A stretch of 64,000 bases of DNA, taken from positions 15,360 to 79,359 of the forward strand of contig SHYZ01000001.1 of assembly GCA_009692535.1 (NCBI GenBank), in the 5' to 3' direction. The notes below the pieces were generated by a model, which worked only from the letters and a program-made list of their open reading frames with translations, did no database searches and was not told the DNA's origin. The stretch's first letter is position 1. Each line of letters opens with the position of its first letter. This DNA comes from Myxococcales bacterium. GTDB taxonomy: Bacteria > Myxococcota_A > Polyangia > Haliangiales > SHYZ01. Position numbers and translations under genes: made by a program. Below are positions 19,075 to 29,786 of the stretch, one piece after another.

Positions 19075-20511
19075 TCAGACGATGACGAGGATCGCCACCA
19101 GCCCGCCCTGCTGGCCGACGTTCACCACGCGCTTCTTCGACGCGCGCCCGAGGATGCCGACGCCACGCGGTGTCGCGAGCACGCCGCACACGACGTAGTA
19201 CTCCTCGAGCGAGATCGCGCCGTCTGCGTCCTGCGCCGGAAAGTCCTTCACCCGCACGTCGACGTACCGCTGCGCCACGACCCCGCCGGTCTCGCGCTCT
19301 GCGGCGAGCGCGTCCTCGAGCTGTTCGCCCCACTGATGCAGGTCGCAGTGCGGACCGATCACTATCCCCTCGCCGCCGCAGGCGCGGTTCGGCTTGAGCA
19401 CCAGCCGGTCCTTGTTGCGCCGCAGCCAAGGGAGCAGATCGATCTCCTCGCCGTCGGGCCCGGTGGTGCGGGCCTCGCGCACGATGCGTGTCCAGAGCAC
19501 GTGCCGACGGAAGATCCGCTGCTGCCGCAGCGTGAAGTGCTCGGAAAATTCGGGGGAGGTCAGCACCTCGAAGGTCGACTTGTGATCGAACTCGCCGGCG
19601 AGCGACGAGACCACCTGGTTGCCGAGGAACGCGCTCTTGAGCGGCCCGAGGTCCACGCCCTCGTCCTCATATTCGAGGTACTCGCCGATCTCAGCGTCGC
19701 GATAGACGAGATCGATCGGCAGGTCTCCGACCATGAGCTCCTCGCCACGCATCCTGAGCTCGGTCGGATCGGCGTGTACCGCGGGAATCCCCTGCGCGCG
19801 GAAATACTCCACGAGGTAGGGGAACTCGGTCGGTCCGCCGACCAGCGACTTGTCCTGCAGGAACGCCGTGTGGAGTCGGCGCTTGCCGATCGCCCGCGCG
19901 TGCGACGTGATCTGCTCGAGCAGCAACTGGCGCATGTCGGCCTGCGGCTTGAGCAGCAGCGCCGGCGCGATCTTCTGCATCGCCGGAACGACGGTGCGCT
20001 GCAGGATCTCGGCGACCGCCGGCGCGTAGTACATGCCGCCGACGCCGACGCTGTTGGTCTCGAAGAAGTGAAAGCTCTGGTCCCAGTCGACCGCCGAGAA
20101 GTCGGTGTTCGCGTCGAGCCGGGCGACCACCGTCTGCGGCGCGCGTGCGACTTTTTTCCAGACGTCGCGCAGCCAGCGATCCTCGCGCTCGGTGAATGGC
20201 AGCAGCGCCTTTACGCGCGCATCCTCGACGTATAGCCGCGCGAGCTTCTGGATCGCCCGCGTCACCTCGAGGCAGACGCTGTGGAAATACTTCTCCTGCT
20301 CGGGGCTGATCACCCGCGGACGCATCATGACCGGCACCGCATGCATCGCGCCGTCGTCGTCTTGGTAAAGGAGGCCCGCGCGCTCGGACTCCTCGCGCAC
20401 GCGGTCGAAGAGCTTTCGCGCCTCGCGGCTCGGGATCTTGAGAAAGATCTCGTTGATCGTGTGGCCGAGCCGGATGTCCACCCGGTCGGCATAGCGCTCG
20501 CGCCTCGCCAC
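19075..20511 (-). CDS. ATP-grasp-fold amidoligase-like protein (circularly permuted ATP-grasp / glutathionylspermidine-synthase-like; family uncertain)
   Basis: LVLKPNRACGGEGIVIG and the C-terminal NVGQQGG are ATP-grasp-like. The track ORF (to 20958) overlaps the divergent gene, so GTG starts at 20511 or 20481 are more plausible. Confidence 0.55.
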   Translation of the reverse strand: MARRERYADRVDIRLGHTINEIFLKIPSREARKLFDRVREESERAGLLYQDDDGAMHAVPVMMRPRVISPEQEKYFHSVCLEVTRAIQKLARLYVEDARVKALLPFTEREDRWLRDVWKKVARAPQTVVARLDANTDFSAVDWDQSFHFFETNSVGVGGMYYAPAVAEILQRTVVPAMQKIAPALLLKPQADMRQLLLEQITSHARAIGKRRLHTAFLQDKSLVGGPTEFPYLVEYFRAQGIPAVHADPTELRMRGEELMVGDLPIDLVYRDAEIGEYLEYEDEGVDLGPLKSAFLGNQVVSSLAGEFDHKSTFEVLTSPEFSEHFTLRQQRIFRRHVLWTRIVREARTTGPDGEEIDLLPWLRRNKDRLVLKPNRACGGEGIVIGPHCDLHQWGEQLEDALAAERETGGVVAQRYVDVRVKDFPAQDADGAISLEEYYVVCGVLATPRGVGILGRASKKRVVNVGQQGGLVAILVIV

Positions 20512-20674
20512 CCTCGCCTCCAGCGGCGAGCCTACCCCTCGGGTTGGTGCTGCGCTACATCCCGGCGCGCCGCGACCAAGTGGTGACCGCCCCCACGCTC
20601 CTTCCCGAGCGCCTCCCTCGCCCGGCAGTCGTGCGCTAGGATGCGACCCCGTTGACTGGCCCTGCCCTGAGGAG

Positions 20675-22036
20675 ATGCTGATGCGCCGAACCCTATCCTG
20701 CTCGTTGCTCGCTGCTGTTACCGCTCTCGCCGCGTGCGGCGGCCCTGACGTCAATGACGTCGACCCGGTGGTGCTCGCCGGCGGCGGCGTCGGCTCGGGC
20801 GCGATCCTCGGTGAGCTCAACGTGTACGTGATCGACTCGGCGACCGCCGCGCCGCTCGTCGGTGCGACCGTCACCGTCGGTGCGCTCGGCGGCATCACCG
20901 ACGCGACTGGGCTCGTCGTGCTCACCGGCGACGCGATCTCGGGCCCGCAGGACGTCACCGCGAGCGCGGTCGGCTACGCGGTCTCCACCTGGTTCGGTGC
21001 CAACGGCGCGAACGTGACCATCCCGCTCGACCCCACCGGTGACGGCCCCGACGTCCCGACCGCCACGGCGAGCGGATCGATCGAAGGCTGGAACCAGCTC
21101 AACCCGGGCCAAGGGCGCTACCTCGTCGCGTTCGTCGCCTACTCGTCCACCAGGGACTTCGGCGCGCCGGAGAACCAGCTTCCCCAGCCGATGGGGCAGG
21201 TCGCGCCGAAGAACATCTGTCTCAAGGCGCCCCCGTTCATTGACGGACCTTGTGAGTGGGAAATGAACGTGCGCGTCGGCGCGCAGACCCACTACGCGTT
21301 CATTGCCGAGGGCGATCCCAACGGCACGCTCATGGATCAGTCGGACGACACCTACGAGATCCTCGGCTTCGCGCTGAAGACCGGCATCACGCTTGCCGAC
21401 GGCGATTTGGCCGAAGGGGAGTTGCTCGAGCGGCTCGATAACAGCGACGCGCAGGACCTCACCGTCGGCTTCGGCGCGGCGTCGCCCGGCCTGACCGAGT
21501 TCACCGCAATCCCGATGATCGACCTCGGCGACCAGCTGATGCTCTTCCCGTTTCCGCCCGTCACTGGCGATTCTCCGACGACGACCGTGCCCAAGACCAC
21601 GGGCGACCTCTCGGCCGGCAGCTACATGATCGTCGGCAGCGCGGCCACCGCCGAGGGCGGACTCCCAAGCTCGACCGTGATCGCGCGCGGCGTGAACCCG
21701 GGCGCGGGCGCAATCGTCCTCCCCGCGTTCCTCGCGACGGCGACCAACATCACCGCAGCGGCCGGCACGTACTCATTCACGCCGACCCTCGAGGCGAGCC
21801 TGCACACTGGGAGCTTCTCCGGCGCCGACGGCGCGGTCTGGAACCTCGCCTTCCTCGACGGCCGCACGAGCTTCACGCTGCCGATGCTCGCAGCCGATCC
21901 GCTCCCCGCCGGCACGGTAAGGCTCAAAATCAGCGGCATCGAGATCCCCGCCTTCGACGCGTTGAACTTTCAGCTCGAGGGGATCTTCGATCAACTGAAT
22001 CGGATCGCGGAGAACGAGCTCGAGTTCAGCCACTAG
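20675..22036 (+). CDS. Lipoprotein with a carboxypeptidase-regulatory-like N-terminal domain
   Basis: GAGGAG RBS upstream. Lipobox is LAACGG. LNVYVIDSATAAPLVGATVTVG...TDATGLVVL is a CarboxypepD_reg-like beta-sandwich motif. Confidence 0.65.
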   Translation: MLMRRTLSCSLLAAVTALAACGGPDVNDVDPVVLAGGGVGSGAILGELNVYVIDSATAAPLVGATVTVGALGGITDATGLVVLTGDAISGPQDVTASAVGYAVSTWFGANGANVTIPLDPTGDGPDVPTATASGSIEGWNQLNPGQGRYLVAFVAYSSTRDFGAPENQLPQPMGQVAPKNICLKAPPFIDGPCEWEMNVRVGAQTHYAFIAEGDPNGTLMDQSDDTYEILGFALKTGITLADGDLAEGELLERLDNSDAQDLTVGFGAASPGLTEFTAIPMIDLGDQLMLFPFPPVTGDSPTTTVPKTTGDLSAGSYMIVGSAATAEGGLPSSTVIARGVNPGAGAIVLPAFLATATNITAAAGTYSFTPTLEASLHTGSFSGADGAVWNLAFLDGRTSFTLPMLAADPLPAGTVRLKISGIEIPAFDALNFQLEGIFDQLNRIAENELEFSH

Positions 22037-22054
22037 CACGGAGCGATAGCGGCT

Positions 22055-22095
22055 CCGAACGCCAGCCGAACGCCAGCCGAACGCCAGCCGAACGC
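22055..22095 (+). repeat. Intergenic 11-bp tandem repeat (CCGAACGCCAG, 3.6 copies)
   Basis: The sequence is ccgaacgccag ccgaacgccag ccgaacgccag ccgaacgct. It sits immediately 5' of a TTGACA hexamer. Confidence 0.9.
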
Positions 22096-22101
22096 TACTG
22101 C

Positions 22102-22130
22102 TTGACACGTGCCCGCGACCGCCAAACACT
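22102..22130 (+). promoter_or_regulatory. Candidate sigma70-type promoter of the response-regulator gene
   Basis: TTGACA (22102-22107), a 17-nt spacer, then AACACT (22125-22130). The -10 element is weak. Confidence 0.35.
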
Positions 22131-22163
22131 CCTTTGCAATCGCGGCCGATCCACTCTGGGGAG

Positions 22164-22580
22164 ATGGGTAAGACGCGCGATCCATTGCGTATGGAACCTC
22201 AATCCACCGCATCAGCCGCAGCACGTCCCGACGTCCTCGTCGTCGAGGACGACTTTGACGTGCGCGACATCATCTCGATGATCCTCGAGCGCGCCGGGAT
22301 GACTGTCGCCACCGCCAAGAATGGGCGGGACGCGCTCGACCAACTCGGGAGCGCGCCGCTGCCGCGACTGATCCTGCTCGATCTCATGATGCCGGTCATG
22401 ACCGGGCAGGAATTCCTGGTCGAATATCGGAAGGACGAGCGGCTCGCCCAGATTCCGGTGGTGGTCGTAACCGCCTATGCCGACGGGCTCACCGACGCCA
22501 CCGGGGTTGCCGCAATCATGTGCAAGCCGGTCGACATGCGCCAGCTCCTCGGGCTCGTGCAGCAGCACTGCCGACCGTAG
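22164..22580 (+). CDS. Stand-alone CheY-like response regulator receiver protein
   Basis: VLVVEDDFDVRD, ILLDLMMPVMTG (phospho-acceptor Asp) and the downstream conserved K (MCKP). No output domain is present. The start is ambiguous (22134, 22164 or 22191). Confidence 0.8.
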   Translation: MGKTRDPLRMEPQSTASAAARPDVLVVEDDFDVRDIISMILERAGMTVATAKNGRDALDQLGSAPLPRLILLDLMMPVMTGQEFLVEYRKDERLAQIPVVVVTAYADGLTDATGVAAIMCKPVDMRQLLGLVQQHCRP

Positions 22581-22651
22581 CGCCCGGCGCATGCAATGCG
22601 CATGGCCGGCGGGGCTATTGCGCTCGGCTGCGCCTTTGCGGGCGCGCTCCG

Positions 22652-23380
22652 CTACTCGCGGACGGCGAAGCAGAGCCCGAGGTCTTCGCGGCAGCCTTCC
22701 CCTTCGGGGCAGTCCCCGACAGCGACACAGCCGGTGCGCGGTGTGCATATCTCGCGCAGGAGATCACATGCCTCGACGGTGGGGCACCCGGCGTCGGTCA
22801 GGCAGGAACGCGCAGTGACCAGGCAGATGCGAGGAGTGCGGTCGACTGCGCAGGCCGTGCCGTCGGGGCAGGTGTCGCCGGGACCGTCGCACACGCCGGC
22901 GAACTCGCGGCACGCGCCGTCGGCGCAGATCTCCGCGCCGGGTGTGCAGTCGCTGTCGGCGCGACAAGCGCCCTCGCGCGCGAGTACGCGGAACGAGTAG
23001 AGACGCTCGGGACCAGCGTCGCCACCGGGGGGATCTTGCGCGATGACTTCGCCGTCGCGGATGACCGCGACGAGGAACTGCACCGTCGAGCCGGCGCGCT
23101 GGCCGGGGAGGCCGATGAGGAAGAGCTCGCCATCGTCGGAAGCGCGAGCGCCTTCGACGGTGCGCAGCGCGGTGGCGCCGTCGCGGGACCAGTGGGCCTC
23201 GACGCGGTCGGCGCGGGTGACGCCACGGATGGCGGTGGAGATGATGTAGGGGCCGAACGGATCGCGCGTGTCGCCGGGGAGCGAGACGCCGAGGATGCGA
23301 GGCGACTCGGGGGCGCAGGCCGACGCAACGAGCACGACGGCGAGCACGAGGAGCATCAGGCCGCGGCCGGTGGTGCGCAC
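22652..23380 (-). CDS. Cys-rich lipoprotein
   Basis: The GTG at 23380 gives VRTTGRGLMLLVLAVVLVASAC (lipobox). The C-terminal ~100 aa contains about 16 Cys in CxxxxxC-type spacing. The longer track ORF would overlap gatC. Confidence 0.6.
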   Translation of the reverse strand: MRTTGRGLMLLVLAVVLVASACAPESPRILGVSLPGDTRDPFGPYIISTAIRGVTRADRVEAHWSRDGATALRTVEGARASDDGELFLIGLPGQRAGSTVQFLVAVIRDGEVIAQDPPGGDAGPERLYSFRVLAREGACRADSDCTPGAEICADGACREFAGVCDGPGDTCPDGTACAVDRTPRICLVTARSCLTDAGCPTVEACDLLREICTPRTGCVAVGDCPEGEGCREDLGLCFAVRE

Positions 23381-23501
23381 GGCGGCATCGTACCACCGGG
23401 GCGCGACGGGAAAGTGACCGTCGTCGCCACGACAGCCCCGACACGACAGTCCCGCCGACGGTCCGCACGCCTCGCGCAAAATGCGGTACACCTCGCGCCG
23501 C

Positions 23502-23801
23502 ATGGCGTCGATCACCAGCGATGAGGTGCGGCAGACTGCGCTCCTCGCACGGCTCGCGCTCACCGACGACGAGGTGGCCAGGCTCACGCTCGAGCTCTCG
23601 CACCTGCTCGGCTACATCGAGCAGCTCACCGCGCTCGACACGGCCGGCGTCGAACCGATGACCCACGCGGTCCCGATGGACTGCCCGCTGAGGCTCGACA
23701 CGCCCGCGCCTTCGCTTGCCGCCGACGACGCGCTCGCCGCCGCGCCGCGCCGCGCCGACGACTACTTCGAGGTGCCGAAGATCATCGAGGCCGGCTCGTG
23801 A
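23502..23801 (+). CDS. gatC: Asp/Glu-tRNA amidotransferase subunit C
   Basis: [25 protein letters not shown]...[11 protein letters not shown]. The stop overlaps the gatA GTG start. Confidence 0.9.
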   Translation: MASITSDEVRQTALLARLALTDDEVARLTLELSHLLGYIEQLTALDTAGVEPMTHAVPMDCPLRLDTPAPSLAADDALAAAPRRADDYFEVPKIIEAGS

Positions 23802-25278
23802 CCGAACTTTCGCACCTGCCGGCGTGGCGACTGGCCGAGCTCGTGGCCGCGCGCGAAGTCTCCGCCCGCGAGCTCGCCACGCTACACCTCGCTCGCATCG
23901 CGCGCGCCGACGCTGCGCTCGGCGCCTTCCTGCTGGTCGACGAGGCCGGCGCCCTTGGCCGCGCCGATCGGATCGACGCCGCCCTCGCGCGCGGCGAGCA
24001 GCCCGGTCCGCTTGCCGGGGTGCCGCTCGCGCTCAAGGACATCTTCGTCACGCGCGGCATCGCCACCACCGTCGCGTCACGCATCCTCGCCGGCTGGATC
24101 CCGCCGTACGACGGCACGGCGGTCGCGCGCCTGTACGCCGCCGGCGCGAACCTGCTCGGCAAGCTGAACATGGACGAGTTCGCGATGGGCTCGTCGAACG
24201 AGAACTCGTCGGTCAAACCGTGCCGCAATCCGTGGGACCTCACGCGCGTCCCCGGCGGCTCGTCGGGCGGCTCGGCGGCGGCGGTCGCGGCCGGACTCTG
24301 CGCCGGCTCGCTCGGCACCGACACCGGCGGCTCGATTCGGCAGCCGGCCGCGTTCTGCGGTCTCGTCGGGATGAAGCCGACCTACGGCCGCGTCTCGCGC
24401 TACGGCGTGGTCGCCTTTGCATCGTCGCTCGATCAGGTCGGCCCGATGACGCGGAACGTACGCGACGCCGCGCTGCTGCTCCAGGCGATCGCTGGCCACG
24501 ATCCGCACGACGCGACGTCGATCGATGCGCCGGTGCCCGACTACCGCGCCGCCTGCGAGCGTGGCGCGCGTGGGCTCGGCGGCTTGAAGATCGGCCTCCC
24601 CGCCGAGTACTTCGTCGATGGCGGCGGGATCAACCCCGAGGTCGAGCGTGCGGTCCGCGCCGGCATCGCCCGACTCGAAGACGCGGGGGCGACCGTCGTG
24701 CCGGTCTCGCTGCCGCACACAAAGTACGCCGTCGCTTGCTACTACCTCGTCGCGACCGCCGAGGCCTCGTCGAACCTCGCGCGTTACGACGGCGTGCGCT
24801 TCGGGCACCGCGCGGAAGGGACGGGCTCGCTGCTCGAGCTCTACTGCAAGTCACGCGGCGAGGGCTTCGGTCCCGAGGTGAAGCGCCGCATCATGCTCGG
24901 CACCTTCGCGCTCCGCTCGGGCCACTACGACGCCTACTACCGCAAGGCGCAGCAGGTGCGCGCGCTCATCAAGCGCGACTTTGACGAGGCGTTCACGCAG
25001 GTCGACCTCATCGCCACGCCGGCAACTCCTACGGCCGCGTTCCGCCTCGGCGAGAAGGCCGCCGATCCGCTCGCGATGTACCTCGCCGACATCTTCACGA
25101 TCAGCTGCAACCTCGCCGGGCTGCCCGGGGTCAGCGTGCCGTGCGGCTTCACCGAAGCGGGGCTGCCGATCGGCCTGCAGCTGATCGCGCCGCCACTTTG
25201 CGAGGAGCAGCTCTTCACCGCGGCCGCGGCGCATGAGCTGGCGACCGACTTCCACACGCGCCGCCCGCCGGAGCTCGC

Positions 25279-25282
<4 letters not shown>
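23798..25282 (+). CDS. gatA: Asp/Glu-tRNA amidotransferase subunit A
   Basis: Amidase signature [30 protein letters not shown], and KDIF upstream. Confidence 0.95.
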
Positions 25283-26708
<1,426 letters not shown>

Positions 26709-26712
<4 letters not shown>

Positions 26713-27764
26713 TGCCGGTGGACGGCATGCGCCCGCCGTCGACCGCGCTGCTCACGCCGCTCCGCTGGGAGGACGGGCGCCTCCTGCTCCTTGATCAGCT
26801 GCGCCTTCCCGCCGAAGCGCGTTGGCTCGCGTGCGACGACGAGCTCGCCGTGGCCGACGCCATCCGCACGATGGTCGTGCGCGGTGCACCCGCGATCGGC
26901 TGTGTGGCCGCATTCGGCGTTGCGCTCGCCGTGCGCCGACGCGCCGACGCTGGTGGGAACTCGGCTGAGCTCATCGCCGCCGGGGAAGCCGCGATCACGC
27001 AACTCGGCGCCACACGTCCGACCGCGGTCAACCTCTTCTGGGCCCTCGCCGAGATGCGCGCCGTGCTGCCGCTCGGCGCCGACGCTGTCACGCAACGCGC
27101 GCTCGCGATCTGGCACGACGACATCGACCGCTGCCAAAAGATCGGCCGCGCCGGCGCCGAGCTCATCCCCGACGGCGCTACGATTCTCACGCACTGCAAC
27201 GCCGGTGCGCTCGCGACCGGCGGCTACGGCACCGCGCTCGGCGTGGTGCGTGCCGCCGTCGCCGCCGGAAAGCGCGTGCGGGTGCTCGCCGACGAGACGC
27301 GCCCGTTCCTGCAAGGCGCGCGGCTCACCGCATGGGAGCTCGCGCGCGACGGCATCGACGTCACGATCCTCCCCGATGTCGCCGCCGGCTGGCTGATGCG
27401 CCGCGGCGAGGTCACCTGCGTGGTCGTCGGCGCCGACCGGATCGCGCGCTCGGGCGATGTGGCGAACAAGATCGGCACCTACACGCTCGCGGTCCTCGCA
27501 CGCGAACACGGCGTGCCGTTCTACGTCGCCGCCCCGCGCTCGACGATCGACCTGGCAACGCCGGACGGCGCGGCGATCCCGATCGAAGAGCGCTCCGGCG
27601 ACGAGGTGCTCTCGTTCGCGGGCGTTCGCATCGCGCCCGCCGGCGTCCCGGCGCGCTACCCCGCGTTCGACGTCACCCCCGCCGCGCTGGTCACCGCGCT
27701 GATCACGGAGCGCGGCGTGAGCTTGCCGCTGCCTCCCGACCTCTCGGTGCTGTTCGACACCTAG
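26709..27764 (+). CDS. mtnA: S-methyl-5-thioribose-1-phosphate isomerase
   Basis: [64 protein letters not shown] and AFDVTP. Confidence 0.9.
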
Positions 27765-27815
27765 CCCACATCGGCCCCCGCCCTGCGCCCAGAACAGACC
27801 CCCTAAAAGATCAAC

Positions 27816-27843
27816 TTGACGAAATGACGCGCCTGACTAGGAT
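27816..27843 (+). promoter_or_regulatory. Candidate sigma70-type promoter for rplU-rpmA-obg
   Basis: TTGACG (27816-27821), a 16-nt spacer, then TAGGAT (27838-27843). This lies in the lowest-GC intergenic stretch, 30 nt upstream of rplU. Confidence 0.5.
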
Positions 27844-27873
27844 GCGGCTCCGCATTTTCAAGGACCAATCCCC

Positions 27874-28185
27874 ATGTATGCCGTGATCCGCACAGGTGGA
27901 AAGCAGTACCGAGTCGAACAGGGAAGCTCCCTTCGCGTGGAGCTGCTGCCCGGCGAGAAGGGGACCAGCGTCGAGTTTACCGACGTGCTCCTTGTCGCCG
28001 ACGGTGACAACGTGAAGATTGGCACCCCGGTCGTCGCGGGCGCGCGCGTGACTGCCGAGATCCTCGGCGAGGTCAAAGGCGAAAAGCTGGTCGTCTACAA
28101 GTTCAAGCGCCGCAAGGGCTACCGTAGAAAGACCGGTCACCGCCAGCACTACACGGCGCTCAAGATCACCGAAATCCGCGCCTAA
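27874..28185 (+). CDS. rplU: 50S ribosomal protein L21
   Basis: MYAVIRTGGKQYRV...KFKRRKGYRRKTGHRQ. Confidence 0.97.
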   Translation: MYAVIRTGGKQYRVEQGSSLRVELLPGEKGTSVEFTDVLLVADGDNVKIGTPVVAGARVTAEILGEVKGEKLVVYKFKRRKGYRRKTGHRQHYTALKITEIRA

Positions 28186-28199
28186 CGGCCGGACCGCGG

Positions 28200-28242
28200 T
28201 AGCGAACACCAGTCGAGAACCAGTAGCGAACCAGTCGAGAAC
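28200..28242 (+). repeat. Direct repeat (about 20 nt, 2 copies) in the rplU-rpmA spacer
   Basis: tagcgaacaccagtcgagaac, then cag, then tagcgaaccagtcgagaac. Confidence 0.8.
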
Positions 28243-28253
28243 AGGACAGCGCC

Positions 28254-28544
28254 ATGGCTCACAAAAAAGGACAGGGCTCGTCACAAAACGGCCGCGATTC
28301 TCACGGCCAGCGCCGTGGCGTCAAGCGGTTCGGTGGCGAGAAGGTACGAGCGGGCAGCGTGATCGTCCGCCAGGTCGGCACGGTCGTGCACCCCGGCAAC
28401 AACGTCGGCCGCGGGCGTGACTTCACGCTGTTCGCGCTCATCGACGGAGTGGTCAAGTTCGAGCGCAAGGGTCGGGACAAGAAGAAGGTCTCGGTTTACC
28501 CGGCCGTCGCTGTCGCTGTCGCCGCAGCCGCCACCGCGGCGTAG
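28254..28544 (+). CDS. rpmA: 50S ribosomal protein L27
   Basis: [26 protein letters not shown]...RQVGT. It has a short Ala/Val-rich C-terminal extension. Confidence 0.97.
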   Translation: MAHKKGQGSSQNGRDSHGQRRGVKRFGGEKVRAGSVIVRQVGTVVHPGNNVGRGRDFTLFALIDGVVKFERKGRDKKKVSVYPAVAVAVAAAATAA

Positions 28545-28588
28545 CCTCACCGTCGGCGATCCGCTGATCGCCCCACGTAGTTCGCCCA

Positions 28589-29587
28589 ATGCAGTTCATT
28601 GACGAGGCTAAGATCTACGTTTTCGCCGGCCACGGTGGAGACGGGTCGATCTCGTTCCGCCGCGAGGCCCACGTCGCCCACGGCGGCCCGTCGGGCGGCG
28701 ATGGCGGCAACGGTGCCGACGTCGTGCTGGTCGCGACCGATCGGGCGACCACGCTGCTCGACTTCAAGTACCAGCAGCACTACCGCGCGCTCTCCGGCGA
28801 GGGCGGGCGCAACCGGGACCAGTACGGCAAGTCGCGCGAGGACTTGGTCGTCCCGGTGCCGGTCGGCACGCTCGTGCTCGATGAGACGACCGGCGCCACG
28901 ATCGCCGATCTGACCGAGGCCGGGCAGCGTGTCGTGATCTGCCATGGCGGCAAAGGGGGCCGCGGCAACATCCACTTCAAGACCCCGTGGAACCAGGCCC
29001 CGCGGATCGCCGAGCCAGGCACGCGCGGCGAGTCGCTCACGATCCGGCTCCAGCTGAAGCTGCTCGCCGACGCCGGCCTGCTCGGCTACCCCAACGTCGG
29101 CAAATCCACCTTCCTCTCGACCGTCTCGCGGGCGCGCCCCAAGGTGGCCGACTACCCGTTCACCACCCTCACGCCGCACCTCGGCGTGGTCGCACTCAGC
29201 GACACGCGCAGCTTCGTGCTCGCCGACATCCCGGGACTGATCGAGGGCGCGGCCGATGGCGCGGGGCTCGGGCACCGGTTCCTGCGGCACGTCGAGCGGA
29301 CCCGGGTGCTGCTCCACCTGCTCGAGCTGTCGCACGATCCCGAGCGCGAGCCGCTCACCGACTTCGACGTGATCTGCCGCGAGCTGGTTCGCTACGACGA
29401 GACCCTCGCGACGCGTCCGCAGGTCGTTGCGCTCACCAAGCTCGACCTGCCCGAAGTACGCGAGGCGTACCCCGAGCTGGCGCGGCGCTTCGCCAAGCGC
29501 GGCATCGAGCTGCTCGCGCTCTCGGCTGCGACCGGCGAGGGCGTGAAGCCGGCACTCGAGCGGCTTTGGCTCGCGCTCGGACGCTAG
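28589..29587 (+). CDS. obg: GTPase Obg/CgtA
   Basis: MQFIDEAKIYVFAGHGGDGSISFRRE, the Gly-rich Obg fold, G1 GYPNVGKST, G3 DIPGLIEGA and G4 TKLD. Confidence 0.96.
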   Translation: MQFIDEAKIYVFAGHGGDGSISFRREAHVAHGGPSGGDGGNGADVVLVATDRATTLLDFKYQQHYRALSGEGGRNRDQYGKSREDLVVPVPVGTLVLDETTGATIADLTEAGQRVVICHGGKGGRGNIHFKTPWNQAPRIAEPGTRGESLTIRLQLKLLADAGLLGYPNVGKSTFLSTVSRARPKVADYPFTTLTPHLGVVALSDTRSFVLADIPGLIEGAADGAGLGHRFLRHVERTRVLLHLLELSHDPEREPLTDFDVICRELVRYDETLATRPQVVALTKLDLPEVREAYPELARRFAKRGIELLALSAATGEGVKPALERLWLALGR

Positions 29588-29626
29588 CCGGTCGCGCCTG
29601 CGAAGTGCACGATTTCGCCGCGTGCG

Positions 29627-29673
29627 CCGCTCGATGGGGCCGCTCGATGGGGCCGCTCGATGGGGGCCGCTCG
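29627..29673 (+). repeat. Intergenic 13-bp tandem repeat (CCGCTCGATGGGG, about 3.5 copies)
   Basis: ccgctcgatgggg ccgctcgatgggg ccgctcgatggggg ccgctcg. It lies between obg and the first gene of the Glt/Nfs-like operon. Confidence 0.9.
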
Positions 29674-29675
29674 TC

Positions 29676-29704
29676 TTGCTGCCTCCAAGTGTGCGTGCTA
29701 GCCT
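29676..29704 (+). promoter_or_regulatory. Candidate promoter of the Glt/Nfs-like operon
   Basis: TTGCTG (29676-29681), a 17-nt spacer, then TAGCCT (29699-29704). Confidence 0.3.
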
Positions 29705-29786
29705 CGTTTCCCGTTGAATTCCATGATGCCGGCGCACATCACCACGTGCGCTTGCATCACTCGTCCGTGACGCTTTCGGGGGTCCC

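Noticed and set aside
22586-22600. Hairpin GCGCAT-GCA-ATGCGC downstream of the response-regulator gene as an intrinsic terminator
   Set aside because: It has only a 6-bp stem with a 3-nt loop and no following T-tract. It is not distinguishable from chance palindromes in GC-rich DNA.
29738-29757. Possible sigma54 promoter (CACCACG-N5-TTGCA) upstream of the Glt-like operon
   Set aside because: The invariant GG of the -24 element is absent (CACCAC instead of TGGCAC). Only the -12 TTGCA resembles the consensus.
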